Assembly: GCA_965208105.1 (NCBI GenBank)
Contig: OZ242318.1
Span: 2,976,001 to 3,040,000 of the forward strand
Length of the DNA: 64,000 bases
Reading direction: 5' to 3'
Origin: Candidatus Latescibacterota bacterium
Lineage (GTDB): Bacteria > Latescibacterota > UBA2968 > UBA8231
Part shown: piece by piece, positions 31,738 to 42,000 of the stretch
Layout of the letters: every line of letters starts with the position of its first letter
Position numbering within the stretch: position 1 is the stretch's first letter
Translations under genes and position numbers: made by a program
The notes under the pieces: model-generated
The model's database searches: none
The model's input: the letters and a program-made list of their open reading frames with translations, nothing else
What the model was told of the DNA's origin: nothing

Positions 31738-33720
31738 TTAAGGTGATAGACTTTGGACCGAGACCCGGTCCACGGCTGCAAGCCGGCGTTCTCGTGCTGT
31801 GGGCCACGCTGACCAAAGAGAGCCCAACACAAAGACAATGCCGCCTGCCCAGACCCAGTTTACCAGTGGATTGATGTAGACCTGGAACTTGGCGCTTCCA
31901 TCTTCAGACCAACCCACCATGATCAGGTAGAAATCTTCCCGGAGACTGGAATGGATTGAGACCTCTGTTGTACCCTGATCCACATTTTTGTAAAAGTGTC
32001 TCTCCGGAAGAAGAGTACTCAGAAATTCCCCGTCCCCGAAAAGGGCCAGAGAGGCGGTATGGACCATCTTGTTGGCATCCTCGCTGTGAACCAGGTGTTC
32101 GTAGGTCAGGGTATAGTCTTCGACCTGGATGGATTCACCCGATTCCAGCACAAATTCCTTTTCTTTAGTGAAGGCTTTACCGGTGAAGCCGACAAAAAGC
32201 ATTACAATGGCGAGGTGGACCAGGTAGCCGCCGTAGCGCCGCCGGCTTTTTACGGTCAGGCGATACAGGGCAAGAACATAGATTTCCCCCGTACTATTTG
32301 AGCGGGCCCGAGCGCCGCGGTGGAACTCGAGGCCTAGTGAGATAACCACAAATGTGCAGAGGGCAAGGGAGCCCAACGCGTAGAAATCTCTTACTCCCAA
32401 CCACCACAACAGTACGGCGGCGAAGAGAGTTGAAGCGGCCGGAATGGAGAAGTTGGTCCTCAGGTTCCTGGTGGAAGTGTGGCGCCAGGCGAAGAGAGGT
32501 CCGGCTCCTGTAAGGAAGAGAAGGATGAGACCGATAGGCACATTTACTTGATTGAAGAAGGGCGGCCCCACGGTGATCTGCTCACTGGTGATTGCCTCGG
32601 AGATCAGAGGGAAAAGGGTCCCCCAGAAGACTGCAAAGCACATCCCCAGAAGGACCCAGTTGTTGAGCAAAAACGCCGTTTCGCGCGATGCGAATGACTC
32701 GAGGCGGTTCTCGGCGCGGAGATCCTTGAGCCGGGTGTAGAGCAAGCAAAGAGAAAAAACCAGGAGGATGCAGAGAAAGGTGGCAAAAAAGGGCCCAATA
32801 TTGGAGCGAGCAAAGGCATGTACCGACGAAACCATGCCACTGCGGGTCAGAAAGGTGCCGAAGATGCAAAGGCTGTAGACCAGGATAACCAGCACCATGT
32901 TCCAAACCTTGAGCATGCCCTTGCGTTCCTGGACAAGGATGGAATGGAGAAAGGCCGTGCTCACCAACCAGGGCATCAACGAGGAATTTTCCACCGGGTC
33001 CCATCCCCAGTATCCACCCCAGCCCAATTCCACATATGCCCATTTCCCGCCCAGCAGCAAACCCGCGCCCAGGAAGGTCCACGAAACCAGCATCCATCGC
33101 CGGGCAGCCCGGACCCAGGTGTTGTCCAACTGGCGGGAAATAAGGGCCGCCATGGCAAAGGCAAAGGGCACCGACATTCCCACCATTCCCAGGTAGAGCA
33201 TGGGGGGGTGGATGGCCATGATGGGATGTTGCAGCAGAGGATTCAAGCCGCGCCCGTCTTCAGGAGTCAATGGCAGTCGCTTGAAGGGGTCTGCCGCAAA
33301 GAGATTCAGCAGGATGAAGAAAAAGCTGGTCGCAGCCAGAGTGGCCACGGCATAGGGCATCAGGACGCGATATCGACCGCGGTTGATCAAGACCAGGGCG
33401 GCGATGTAAATGGACAGCAACCATCCCCAAAACAACAAAGACCCATTCTGCCCTCCCCAAAGTGCTGCCACGACGTAGGGCAGTGGCATGGCGCGATTGC
33501 TGTTTTCGGCTACGTATTGGACCTGGAAGTCGTGTCCGAGGAGGGCGTGCCACAAGGCCAGGACGGAGACGGTCAGGAGCCCGCAAACTGCCAGGGATGA
33601 ATTTTCGCCGCTGCGGATGAGTGCCAGGTGCTTACGCCGGGCTCCGACCGCGGACGCCACGATGGAGTAGGCGGCGGCGACAAGGGCGAGGCAAAGAGAG
33701 AAATAGCCGATATCTACCAT
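31738..33720 (-). CDS. ccmF: Heme lyase CcmF
   Basis: GLNPLLQ, HPPMLY, WAYVELGWGGYWGWDPVEN, SVHAF. Confidence 0.96.
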   Translation of the reverse strand: MVDIGYFSLCLALVAAAYSIVASAVGARRKHLALIRSGENSSLAVCGLLTVSVLALWHALLGHDFQVQYVAENSNRAMPLPYVVAALWGGQNGSLLFWGWLLSIYIAALVLINRGRYRVLMPYAVATLAATSFFFILLNLFAADPFKRLPLTPEDGRGLNPLLQHPIMAIHPPMLYLGMVGMSVPFAFAMAALISRQLDNTWVRAARRWMLVSWTFLGAGLLLGGKWAYVELGWGGYWGWDPVENSSLMPWLVSTAFLHSILVQERKGMLKVWNMVLVILVYSLCIFGTFLTRSGMVSSVHAFARSNIGPFFATFLCILLVFSLCLLYTRLKDLRAENRLESFASRETAFLLNNWVLLGMCFAVFWGTLFPLISEAITSEQITVGPPFFNQVNVPIGLILLFLTGAGPLFAWRHTSTRNLRTNFSIPAASTLFAAVLLWWLGVRDFYALGSLALCTFVVISLGLEFHRGARARSNSTGEIYVLALYRLTVKSRRRYGGYLVHLAIVMLFVGFTGKAFTKEKEFVLESGESIQVEDYTLTYEHLVHSEDANKMVHTASLALFGDGEFLSTLLPERHFYKNVDQGTTEVSIHSSLREDFYLIMVGWSEDGSAKFQVYINPLVNWVWAGGIVFVLGSLWSAWPTARERRLAAVDRVSVQSLSP

Positions 33721-33729
33721 GCTGAGGGG

Positions 33730-34185
33730 TCAGATATCCGCATTCATGGCCTGGACGTGGCCTTCGTAGCTCTGCCCTTCATATTTGGAAGGGCATTTGG
33801 CAAAAACAATCTGGGCTTCAAAGCAGTTTCTGCCCGAATCATAATAGCCTTCGAGAACTACCTGAGCTTCGTCTTTGAATGTGTCCGGCAGAACGGCGTT
33901 GCCGACGTAGCGTATTTCAAGGGAGTAAGTGCTGTCTTCAACAGTGAAAGTGGGACGATGGCGGTACTCATCCCAGCGAATCGAGCCAGGCACTACCTTG
34001 CAACCGCCCAGCTGGATCCGCTTGCCCTCCAGGTCGGTTGCAACCACTCGCTTTGCAAGGTCCCTCAAGGTCATGTGGGTCGATGTGGATTGGCTTAGCC
34101 CCGAGGCAAAAAGATAAGCCAAACCAAGTGCGATCACCGTGGACCCTATGATGAACTTAAAGCGTTTCACGGAAGTGTCTTTCAC
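33730..34185 (-). CDS. ccmE: Heme chaperone CcmE (CxxxY variant)
   Basis: N-terminal TM, LPDTFK...VVLEG, AKCPSKY. Confidence 0.9.
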   Translation of the reverse strand: MKDTSVKRFKFIIGSTVIALGLAYLFASGLSQSTSTHMTLRDLAKRVVATDLEGKRIQLGGCKVVPGSIRWDEYRHRPTFTVEDSTYSLEIRYVGNAVLPDTFKDEAQVVLEGYYDSGRNCFEAQIVFAKCPSKYEGQSYEGHVQAMNADI

Positions 34186-34537
34186 CGTGTAAAATTATGG
34201 TTTTCACCATTTGGAGGGGTCGGATCTTCCCAGTTAACTAATCGGCCTGGTTCTGCAACTATGCATGTAAAAAATTCAGCAGGGGCCCGGCTTGCAAATT
34301 GACGATGGTTGGTCCGTGGCCCTGGAGAGCATAATCTGCTCAAATTGCCAGTCTTTGGCAAATCAACGACGGCGGACCTGTGGTGAGGAGAATGGGTGGA
34401 AGAGAGCGAGTCCCAAGCAGGCAGGGACCGAGTCCCGGATCCATGGCAGAGGCGGTAAATATCGGATCAGATTCCGTCAGGGGATGACGGGGGCGGCAAA
34501 ACCGGGGACACCAGATTTTGAATTGGAAGAAACGTTG

Positions 34538-34566
34538 AAAAATGCCCGTCCTCGGCAGGAGGGCAT
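34538..34566 (-). terminator. Intrinsic terminator after the M24 peptidase gene
   Basis: Minus strand ATGCCCTCCT-GCCG-AGGAcGGGCAT-TTTT. Confidence 0.6.
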
Positions 34567-35711
34567 CAAACCACCAAAAAGTGAGGAAAGGTCGTCAGGT
34601 TTTCACAACCATTGTCGCGCACTACAACGACATCTTCGATTCGGACTCCACCCAGGCCAGGATAGTAGAGCCCAGGCTCGACGGTTACTACTTGCCCGCT
34701 TGCAAGCTTGTCTCCCCTGGAGCTGATGCGGGGTGGCTCGTGGATCTCCAGTCCAAGACCATGCCCTGTGCCGTGGAAGAAGCCCTGCATGCGTCCCTCC
34801 CGGGAGCCGGTTTTGTACCCTGCTTCCTCGAACATTTTGAGAATGCCCTGGTGGATCTGGCGGCCGTCGACGCCTGCACCGATTTGCCCCAGGGCCCACT
34901 GTTGGCCGCGATGGACAGCGTTGTACAGATCTACAACGGAGGTCGGGGCTTCTCCTTTGACCACTGTCCGGGTAAGGTCCCCGAAATAGCCGTTGGTACT
35001 ATTCCGGGGGAAAATGTCGATGACAATCGGTTCGTCGGGACGCAGGGGGCCGCTGCCCTCCTGGTGTGGATCGCAGCCATTTTCCCCGCCGGCGACAATG
35101 GTGTGCAGGCCGAGGCAGTCCTCTTCGAGAAGGACCTGGTGGATCAAACGCCGGACGCGCTCCGAAGTGAGTACTTCACCTCCCAGACGAAGCACGCGAT
35201 CTTCGACGGTAGCCTGGCGGAGCGCCGCGATTGCCGCCTCCATGCTCTTTTCGGCCGCCTGAATGGATTGGCGAATGTATTCGATTTCTGCCGGGGTCTT
35301 CACCAGGCGCTGGGGAAAGACAGGGGCAGGGACTACCTTCAGCTCGATGCTGAGCCGGCGCAGGAAATCTGCAAATTCGATGGGAAAATCAGGAGGAACC
35401 AGAAGGCGTTGCAGGCCGAAATCCCGCAGGAGTTCAAGAAGGATCGGATCCTTTGCGCTCCGATCTTCTTCATTTGCGTTCAGGCGCTTCTCGTATTGCG
35501 ATCTGGAAATGACATGGTCTACCTTTGCCTGGGCCCTCGCACGGTCGAGTTCGAGATCGCTGGTCATCACGATCTTGGCTTGATTCGTCCACAAAAAAAC
35601 GAACGGATCCGGGGCCCGGAAGCTGGTTGCGTAGTAGAGATCCACATTGCGTTCGCTATCGCCGATTATGAGCAGCGCATCGGCATTTCCAAGCTCAAAT
35701 TCAAAATCCAT
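34566..35711 (-). CDS. Xaa-Pro peptidase, M24 family
   Basis: DPH, GYFGDLTRT, HGTGHGLGLEIHE, TVEPGLY, GVRIED. Confidence 0.93.
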   Translation of the reverse strand: MDFEFELGNADALLIIGDSERNVDLYYATSFRAPDPFVFLWTNQAKIVMTSDLELDRARAQAKVDHVISRSQYEKRLNANEEDRSAKDPILLELLRDFGLQRLLVPPDFPIEFADFLRRLSIELKVVPAPVFPQRLVKTPAEIEYIRQSIQAAEKSMEAAIAALRQATVEDRVLRLGGEVLTSERVRRLIHQVLLEEDCLGLHTIVAGGENGCDPHQEGSGPLRPDEPIVIDIFPRNSTNGYFGDLTRTVVKGEAPTSVVDLYNAVHRGQQWALGQIGAGVDGRQIHQGILKMFEEAGYKTGSREGRMQGFFHGTGHGLGLEIHEPPRISSRGDKLASGQVVTVEPGLYYPGLGGVRIEDVVVVRDNGCENLTTFPHFLVV

Positions 35712-35740
35712 GGGTCTTCCGTTTTTTTGGCTCAGCCTGA

Positions 35741-37228
35741 TTACTCTGTGACTCTAAAAACCCTGACCTCGATACCCTCACGCGGCCGCCACAGCCAGAA
35801 CAGGGCTGCCCGGCCCCTTTCGAGAGTGGATATGGAGTGGACCAGGTGCTCGATGGACTTGATTCGCTGGTGGTCAATTCCCGCAATCACGTCGTTGACC
35901 TGGATTCCCTCCCGGTCAGCGGGGCTGTCGGCCTTGACTTCGACGACGGCAACGGGATTTACATACTCCCCAAGGTTGAGTTCAGCAGCCACTTCTTTGG
36001 TGAATCCCAGCTCCCGAGCTCGCTCCATGCCAAGATCTTCCACCTTGATCCCCAGTTGAGAGATGCGCTCCCGTCCCAGAGCCAGAAGCCGGTCTTCCTC
36101 ACGCTCGCCCAAAGTCAGTTCGAGGTGCTGCTCTGCACCGTCGCGGAGGACTGTCAGTGCAATAATATCGCCGGGGTCTTTGTGGTAAATCAGAGTTTGG
36201 ACGTGATTGGCGTGGTTCACGGTCTGGCCGTCCACACTTAAAAGGACATCGCCGCTGAGCAGGCCTCCCCGCTCGGCGGGAGTATGGGGCTGGACATTCA
36301 GATAGACGCCGAGGGGATGATTCAATTTGAGGTTGTGTCTTCCGATAAGTTCCGGCGTGACTTCTTCCATTCCAACGCCCATATAGCCGTGCACTACCCG
36401 GCCATAGGCCAGGATATCGTTCATGGCTTCACGGGCCAGGTTGATTGGAACGGAATGGCCATAGCCGATAAAGTATCCAGTCCCCGTGGAAATCGCGGTG
36501 TTGATTCCGACCACCTCACCGCGCAGATTGAGCAGGGGGCCGCCCGAATTGCCGGGATTGATTACCGCGTTGGTCTGAATAAAGCTCTCTATGCCGAATT
36601 CACTGTCGATGACCTGAACCTGCCGTCCAAGGGCGCTGACGATTCCATGGGTCAGGGTGGAGCCCAGTCCCAGGGGATGTCCGATGGCCAGAACCCAGTC
36701 GCCGACCTCCAACAGGTCCGAGTTGCCGAGAGTTACCCTGGGTAGATTTTTTGCCTCAATCTTCAGCAGGGCAATGTCGATCAGAGAGTCGTAGCCTGCC
36801 ACCTTGGCAGAGAAGGAGCGGCGGTCAGACATGGTAACAAGGACAGAGTCGGCTCCCGCGATGGCGTGGTAGTTGCAGAGGATATAACCGTCGGAACGGA
36901 CGATTGTTCCTGAACTCAGGCCACGGCCCCTTTCCAACTCCGGCGGTATTGGAGGATGAAAGGAAGGAACCCACCGCCGAATTGAACGTCCATTTTTGGT
37001 TGTGATCATAGCTACCGCCGGGCTGGCCTTCTGGTAGGCGGCGTAAAAGGCACGGTTGAGTGTTTGGAGATGGTCCAGTTCTTCCGATTCGGGCTTCTCG
37101 GCAGCAGCTGCGCTTAACCACGCTGCCAGAGCAAGCCCTGTGAAGAGGGGACCGCCCACCGGAAGAAGACCTGGAACAAAGCAACTCCGGCGGCCATGGC
37201 CCGAAATTTTTCTCAAGGAGCCCATCAC
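35741..37228 (-). CDS. HtrA/DegP-like serine protease with two PDZ domains
   Basis: CNYHAI, DIALLKI, INPGNSGGPL, two PDZ domains, signal peptide. Confidence 0.93.
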   Translation of the reverse strand: MMGSLRKISGHGRRSCFVPGLLPVGGPLFTGLALAAWLSAAAAEKPESEELDHLQTLNRAFYAAYQKASPAVAMITTKNGRSIRRWVPSFHPPIPPELERGRGLSSGTIVRSDGYILCNYHAIAGADSVLVTMSDRRSFSAKVAGYDSLIDIALLKIEAKNLPRVTLGNSDLLEVGDWVLAIGHPLGLGSTLTHGIVSALGRQVQVIDSEFGIESFIQTNAVINPGNSGGPLLNLRGEVVGINTAISTGTGYFIGYGHSVPINLAREAMNDILAYGRVVHGYMGVGMEEVTPELIGRHNLKLNHPLGVYLNVQPHTPAERGGLLSGDVLLSVDGQTVNHANHVQTLIYHKDPGDIIALTVLRDGAEQHLELTLGEREEDRLLALGRERISQLGIKVEDLGMERARELGFTKEVAAELNLGEYVNPVAVVEVKADSPADREGIQVNDVIAGIDHQRIKSIEHLVHSISTLERGRAALFWLWRPREGIEVRVFRVTE

Positions 37229-38748
37229 TTCAGCCCATACTCATCCAGCTTGCGGTAAAGGGTGCGAACCCCGATTCCCAGTGCCTGCGCGGCGCGCTTG
37301 CGGTTTCCGCCAACCTGGTCCAGCGCATGTTCAATGGCTTCTTTCTCCAGGTCCTTGAGGGTGCGTCCTGATAGCGCAGAGGAAGGAGTTGGGGGCGCTT
37401 TTTCCGGTTCAGCAGCAGCGAAGGCGGCGTCCTCCAGGGGATAGATCGGTTCCGCCGCGGGAGGCGGGGCTGCTGCCAGGGACCGCTCTTCCACAATGCG
37501 CCTCAATTCCGATACCTCGCGTTTCAGGTCGAGGAGGGCGAAATATATGAGCTCGCGCTCCGATTGGTCGACCGTCTTATTGGTTGGCACGGGTAATTGG
37601 CGGTGGACTGCAGAAGGCTTTTCCAGGTGAGAGAGCAGATCGCCCGGCTCCACCTTGCCTCGAGGTCCAAGGAAAATCAGGTGCTCGACGAGATTGCGAA
37701 GTTCGCGTACGTTGCCTGGCCAGTCGTACTCCAGGAGGAGATCCATGGCACTGCTGGAGAACCCCTCGAAGCGCGGTCCTTTTTCGGGACTGAGTTGGGT
37801 GAGGAAATGCTGAATCAATTGGGGAATATCCTGCGGACGCCGGCGCAACGGGGGAATCTCGAGTTCTACGACTTTGAGCCTGTGGTAGAGGTCGAGGCGG
37901 AACTCTCGCTGACTGACGGCTTGTTGCAGGTCCTTGTTGGTTGCGGCAATGACCCGGATGTCCACGGAAACGGGATTATGGCCCCCGATCCGGGTAACTT
38001 CCCTCTGTTCCAGGACCCGGAGGAGGCGCACCTGTGCCATGAGAGACATTTCACCGATCTCGTCCAGGAAGACCGTGCCACCGTCCGCCTGCTCGAAAAT
38101 TCCCCGGTATTGGGCCTTGGCATCGGTGAAAGCTCCCTTCTCATGACCAAAAAGTTCGTTTTCCAGCAGGTTTTCCGGAATGGCGGCGCAATTGATGGGC
38201 TTGAAAGGCCGGTCTCGCCGTTGACTGTATTGGTGCAGGGCATAGGCGACGGCATCTTTTCCAACGCCACTTTCTCCAATGAGAAGTACGGTGATCGGCG
38301 CGCTTGCGATCTGAAGGATGCTCTCGCGAAGTTCCTGAATAAGGGGTGATCGGCCGACGAAATCCTGGCCGCCGAGAAATCGCCCCCTCTCCAGCAATCT
38401 TTCTACCGCGTCTTGAATAAGCTCGGGAGCAAATGGGGTTTCCAATATTTCCTCGAGTGGATTGCCCGGGGAAACCCGGTGCCAATCTTCCGCCGAGGCA
38501 GCATACAGAACCAGCACGGGCAAATTTCGGTGTGCATTCAATTCAACGGCACACGCTTCCAGACTTTTCAGGGGTAAGCTCAGGTCGATGATTACAAGAT
38601 CCGCGCCACGGTCCAGCATCGGCGTTAACATTCCGGTATCGCGTACCTCGACCAGATGCCGGGATTCGTTTTCCAGAGCTGCCTTGGAGTCCTCCAGCAG
38701 GCGCCGGTCCTGGGTGAGCAAGAGCAGACGGCGTTTATCTTTTCTCAT
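37225..38748 (-). CDS. Sigma54-dependent activator (degenerate REC + AAA+ + Fis HTH)
   Basis: GESGVGKD, ELFGHEKGAFTDA, FLDEIGE, WPGNVREL, LGIGVRTLYRKL. Confidence 0.93.
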   Translation of the reverse strand: MRKDKRRLLLLTQDRRLLEDSKAALENESRHLVEVRDTGMLTPMLDRGADLVIIDLSLPLKSLEACAVELNAHRNLPVLVLYAASAEDWHRVSPGNPLEEILETPFAPELIQDAVERLLERGRFLGGQDFVGRSPLIQELRESILQIASAPITVLLIGESGVGKDAVAYALHQYSQRRDRPFKPINCAAIPENLLENELFGHEKGAFTDAKAQYRGIFEQADGGTVFLDEIGEMSLMAQVRLLRVLEQREVTRIGGHNPVSVDIRVIAATNKDLQQAVSQREFRLDLYHRLKVVELEIPPLRRRPQDIPQLIQHFLTQLSPEKGPRFEGFSSSAMDLLLEYDWPGNVRELRNLVEHLIFLGPRGKVEPGDLLSHLEKPSAVHRQLPVPTNKTVDQSERELIYFALLDLKREVSELRRIVEERSLAAAPPPAAEPIYPLEDAAFAAAEPEKAPPTPSSALSGRTLKDLEKEAIEHALDQVGGNRKRAAQALGIGVRTLYRKLDEYGLK

Positions 38749-38855
38749 GGTACAGTGAGGAGAATTCGGGGTTTTCCGGACGGCGGGCAAGACGGCCCTG
38801 GCTGACGAACATCTCCACGGCCTCCAGGAAAATAAAAACTGATTGTGAGGACTAA

Positions 38856-39015
38856 CAGCCCCTTGAAAAAGTCCATCCGGGCTGCGGCTGGCCCTGGCGG
38901 TCGAATACGGCGTTGCGCTCCCTCCCCGAATCCCCTCGATTCGCCTCGGCCGCACGCCTTGCCTTCGACCGACATAACCTGGCCTCGCCTGCAGGGCAAC
39001 TTTATCAACGGGCTG
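38856..39015. mobile_element. MITE-like palindromic element (160 bp)
   Basis: Terminal IRs CAGCCCCTTGAAAAAGT / ACTTTATCAACGGGCTG (15/17 match); nested internal IRs GGTCGAA/TTCGACC, GGCG/CGCC, TGCG/CGCA, CGAATC/GATTCG. Confidence 0.7.
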
Positions 39016-39090
39016 CTTAAGGCCCGGATCGGCATGAGCCGGCCTCCAGCTGATGCATCTGATGCCCGGTTGCGGTCGGGTGATTTCAGC

Positions 39091-42000
39091 TTAAAGGCGC
39101 TGGCGCAGAATTTCGATTCTGTCCGCTGCCATCTGGCCTTGTGGGCTGTCGGTCCCCTCTCGGCGGACGATGCGTTCGAAGACGCTGATTGCAGTTGAAA
39201 GCTCATTCAGGGCTTCATGGCACTGAGCCCGCTTGAAATCGGCGGAGGAAATCCACTGGCTGAAGCCCTCAGCTCCGTGAAAGCTGACGCGGTAATAAGC
39301 CTCTATTGCCTTTCTGTACTCGCCCATGTTCTGATAGGACTCTGCAATGTAGAATCGCGCCTCGGAAGCGTCGTTTCCTCTGGCCCAATCGAGAGTTTTT
39401 TCCAATTGGGCGATGGCCTGGGCGTACTGACCTTTGTCCTTTAAGATAATCCCCAATTGCAACTCCGTCTCCCGCGCCTTGGGGTGGTGGGGGAATTCCC
39501 GCAGAAGGCGAAGAGCGGCCTGGTGAGCCTCTTCGAACTCGAAGACCCTCATGTAGCAATCCAGAAGATTCCAAACAGCTTCTTCCTTGAGGTCTGCCGC
39601 GACATGCTCTTTCAGGACGCGCTTATAGGCTCCGGCAGCTACGAGATAGTTGCGAAGACCGTGGTGGTAGTTGGCCAGGCGCAGATGGACGGCGGCAGAA
39701 TAGGGACTGTGGGGAAAGTTCTTGATAAACAGACTTTGGGCCTGGAGAGCCTGAACACCCCTCTCTTCACTTGGAGAAGCCAGATTCTGCTCCCATAAGG
39801 CCAGGGCAGCGTAGTATGCCCCGTCGTCCGCCCAGTCACCTCCCTTCTTCTCGAGTTGTCGGAAGAATTTAAGGGCCTTTTTGTAGTTCTTTTTCCTCAG
39901 ATGATGTTGGCCCTCTTCGAGCTGAAAGCGCAGAAGCCAGTCCGCATCTTTGGGACTTCGTCGGGAGAAGGCTGCGACTGCTTTGCGGGCTTCTTCGAGG
40001 CGGTCCAGCCTGAAAAGGGCAATAGTGCTCTGGCCGTGAACCTGGGCATCCATGATTTCGGACAAAATCGGCAGATAGGTCTGATATGCCTTGTCCAGGC
40101 GCCCTAGTTCAAAATATAGATTCCCGGCCATTTGAGCCGCATCGGAGGCCAAGGGGCTGTTGGAGAATTCGTCCCTGACTCGCAGCAACTGGGGAATGGC
40201 CTCTTCAGGCCGTCCCACTTTGACCAACAGCTTGGCCTGGTCGAAGAGGATGCTGTCCAATGCCGCCTCTTGGGAGTCCTCTGCCAGAATCTGGTTGTAT
40301 AGTTCCCGGGCTGCTGAATATTCACCCCGGCGATGGTGCGCTTGAGCGAGCCTCCGTTTTATGTATCCACGGGTGTCTTCCCCGGGTCCCTGGAGAGCCA
40401 GCTGGCGGTAGAGCTCTATTGCGCTGGCGTAATTGCCCAATTGGAAGTGAATGTCTGCGATTCGCAATTGAACGGAGGGACGCTGGGGAAAGGCAGGATG
40501 GGACCACAACAGCTCCTGGTATCGGGCAAGGGCGGCACCTGGCCGGTCCTGGCGGATCAGGAGTTTCCCCAGTTCATCGAGGACTTGGTCCGCATGGGAA
40601 AAGGCGGGGTAGTCGCGCAGGACGCGTTCGAGGAAGTCGACCGCAGCCTGGAGCTCGCCCCTGCTGCCATGGCAGAGCCCCAGGCCGAAAAGAGCTTCGG
40701 CATAGAGAGGACTCTCCCGGTCCACCTGGCGGTAGGTTGTAATTGCCCTCTCGAGTTGGGTCGAATCGCTCTTTCCAAGGTGGCGTCGCGCTGAGGCCAG
40801 GTGTAACAGGGCCCTGTCCAGGTGAGGGCTTTCAGCTCCCGCGTGCTTTTCGAGGAGGCCGGAAAAACCACTTTCGAGAAGCTGGTGCCGCAACGAGTCG
40901 GGCGCCCTGGCAGCCTGGGCTTCGACGAGACGGATCTGAGCGCGCAGGGCCCACTCCCCCGAATCAGCCTCTGTAATGAGCCGGTATTTCTGCAATGCCA
41001 CTTGGCGCAGCGAGTCCGTCGCTTCCGGCAGACCTTCGAGTTTGCGCTGACGTGCCAGTCTGAGCAGGCTTTCTCCCAGATAGTACCGGGCTTCAGCGAG
41101 ATAAAGACTGTCGCGGCCGGTGGCAGTGCAAGCTTCGAAAGCACGGGCGGCATTTGCGAAGTCATGGTGGTCGTAGAGAATCTTGGCGAGCTTCATCTGA
41201 GTCTTATGGCGCGGGGCGCCACCGAGCTGGTCGATCCATACCTGGTGCAAGGCACGATTGAGGGCCTTGAGATCCAGGACCGTAAACTCGCGCAGAAATT
41301 CAGTGCGCTCGCGTGCAGCTCGGGACTGAGAATGGGAGGGGAACTGCTCCAGGAATTTCACATACTCGCGCAGAGCCAGGCGAGGCTGGTCATTTTTTTC
41401 GTGGGCTTGAGCTAGATTGAACCGGGCAGTCGCCGCCAGAGCAGATGATCGCTCCGCCAAATCGCGGTAGGCGGATATGGCATCCTGGTAGTACCCGGAT
41501 GCGCCGTAAATTCTGGCCAGGGAAAGAATCACAGGATCTCGGTCCGCGTCGCTGTCAACCTTCTGGAGATAGCGTTGGTACCAGGCAATCGCTGGAGGAT
41601 AGTCCTTGCGGCGCTGGTAGAGGGCGCCCAACTCCCGCAGGGCGGTTATTCCCTCGGGATCCGAAGAATGGGCCCGGATGAGCTCGTGAAAGAGACTGAC
41701 CGCGAGAGGGAACTTTCCCGTCTGCCCACAGGCCACGGCCAGCCCCAGCTGTGCCTGTGCCCGGTGAGCATGTCCCACCGGTAGTTTCTTCAGCAGGGCA
41801 TTGAAGTGGAGGACGGCCTGTTGAGGCTGCCCGTTTCGAAGCCGGGAGTCCGCCAGTCCCAGGTGGGCGCGAATTTTGAGGCCCGCATCCTCAATTTGCC
41901 TGTAGGCGGCCTCGAAAGCATCGCTGGCTTGCTGGAAGTTGTGCCGCTCGTAAAAGAAGGTGGCCTGATCAAGGTAGGCGCTGTCCGACTGGGACGCTGC

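Noticed and set aside
34542-36059. 505-aa + strand ORF
   Set aside because: Antisense shadow of the M24 peptidase and degP; no recognisable motifs, as expected in GC-rich DNA.
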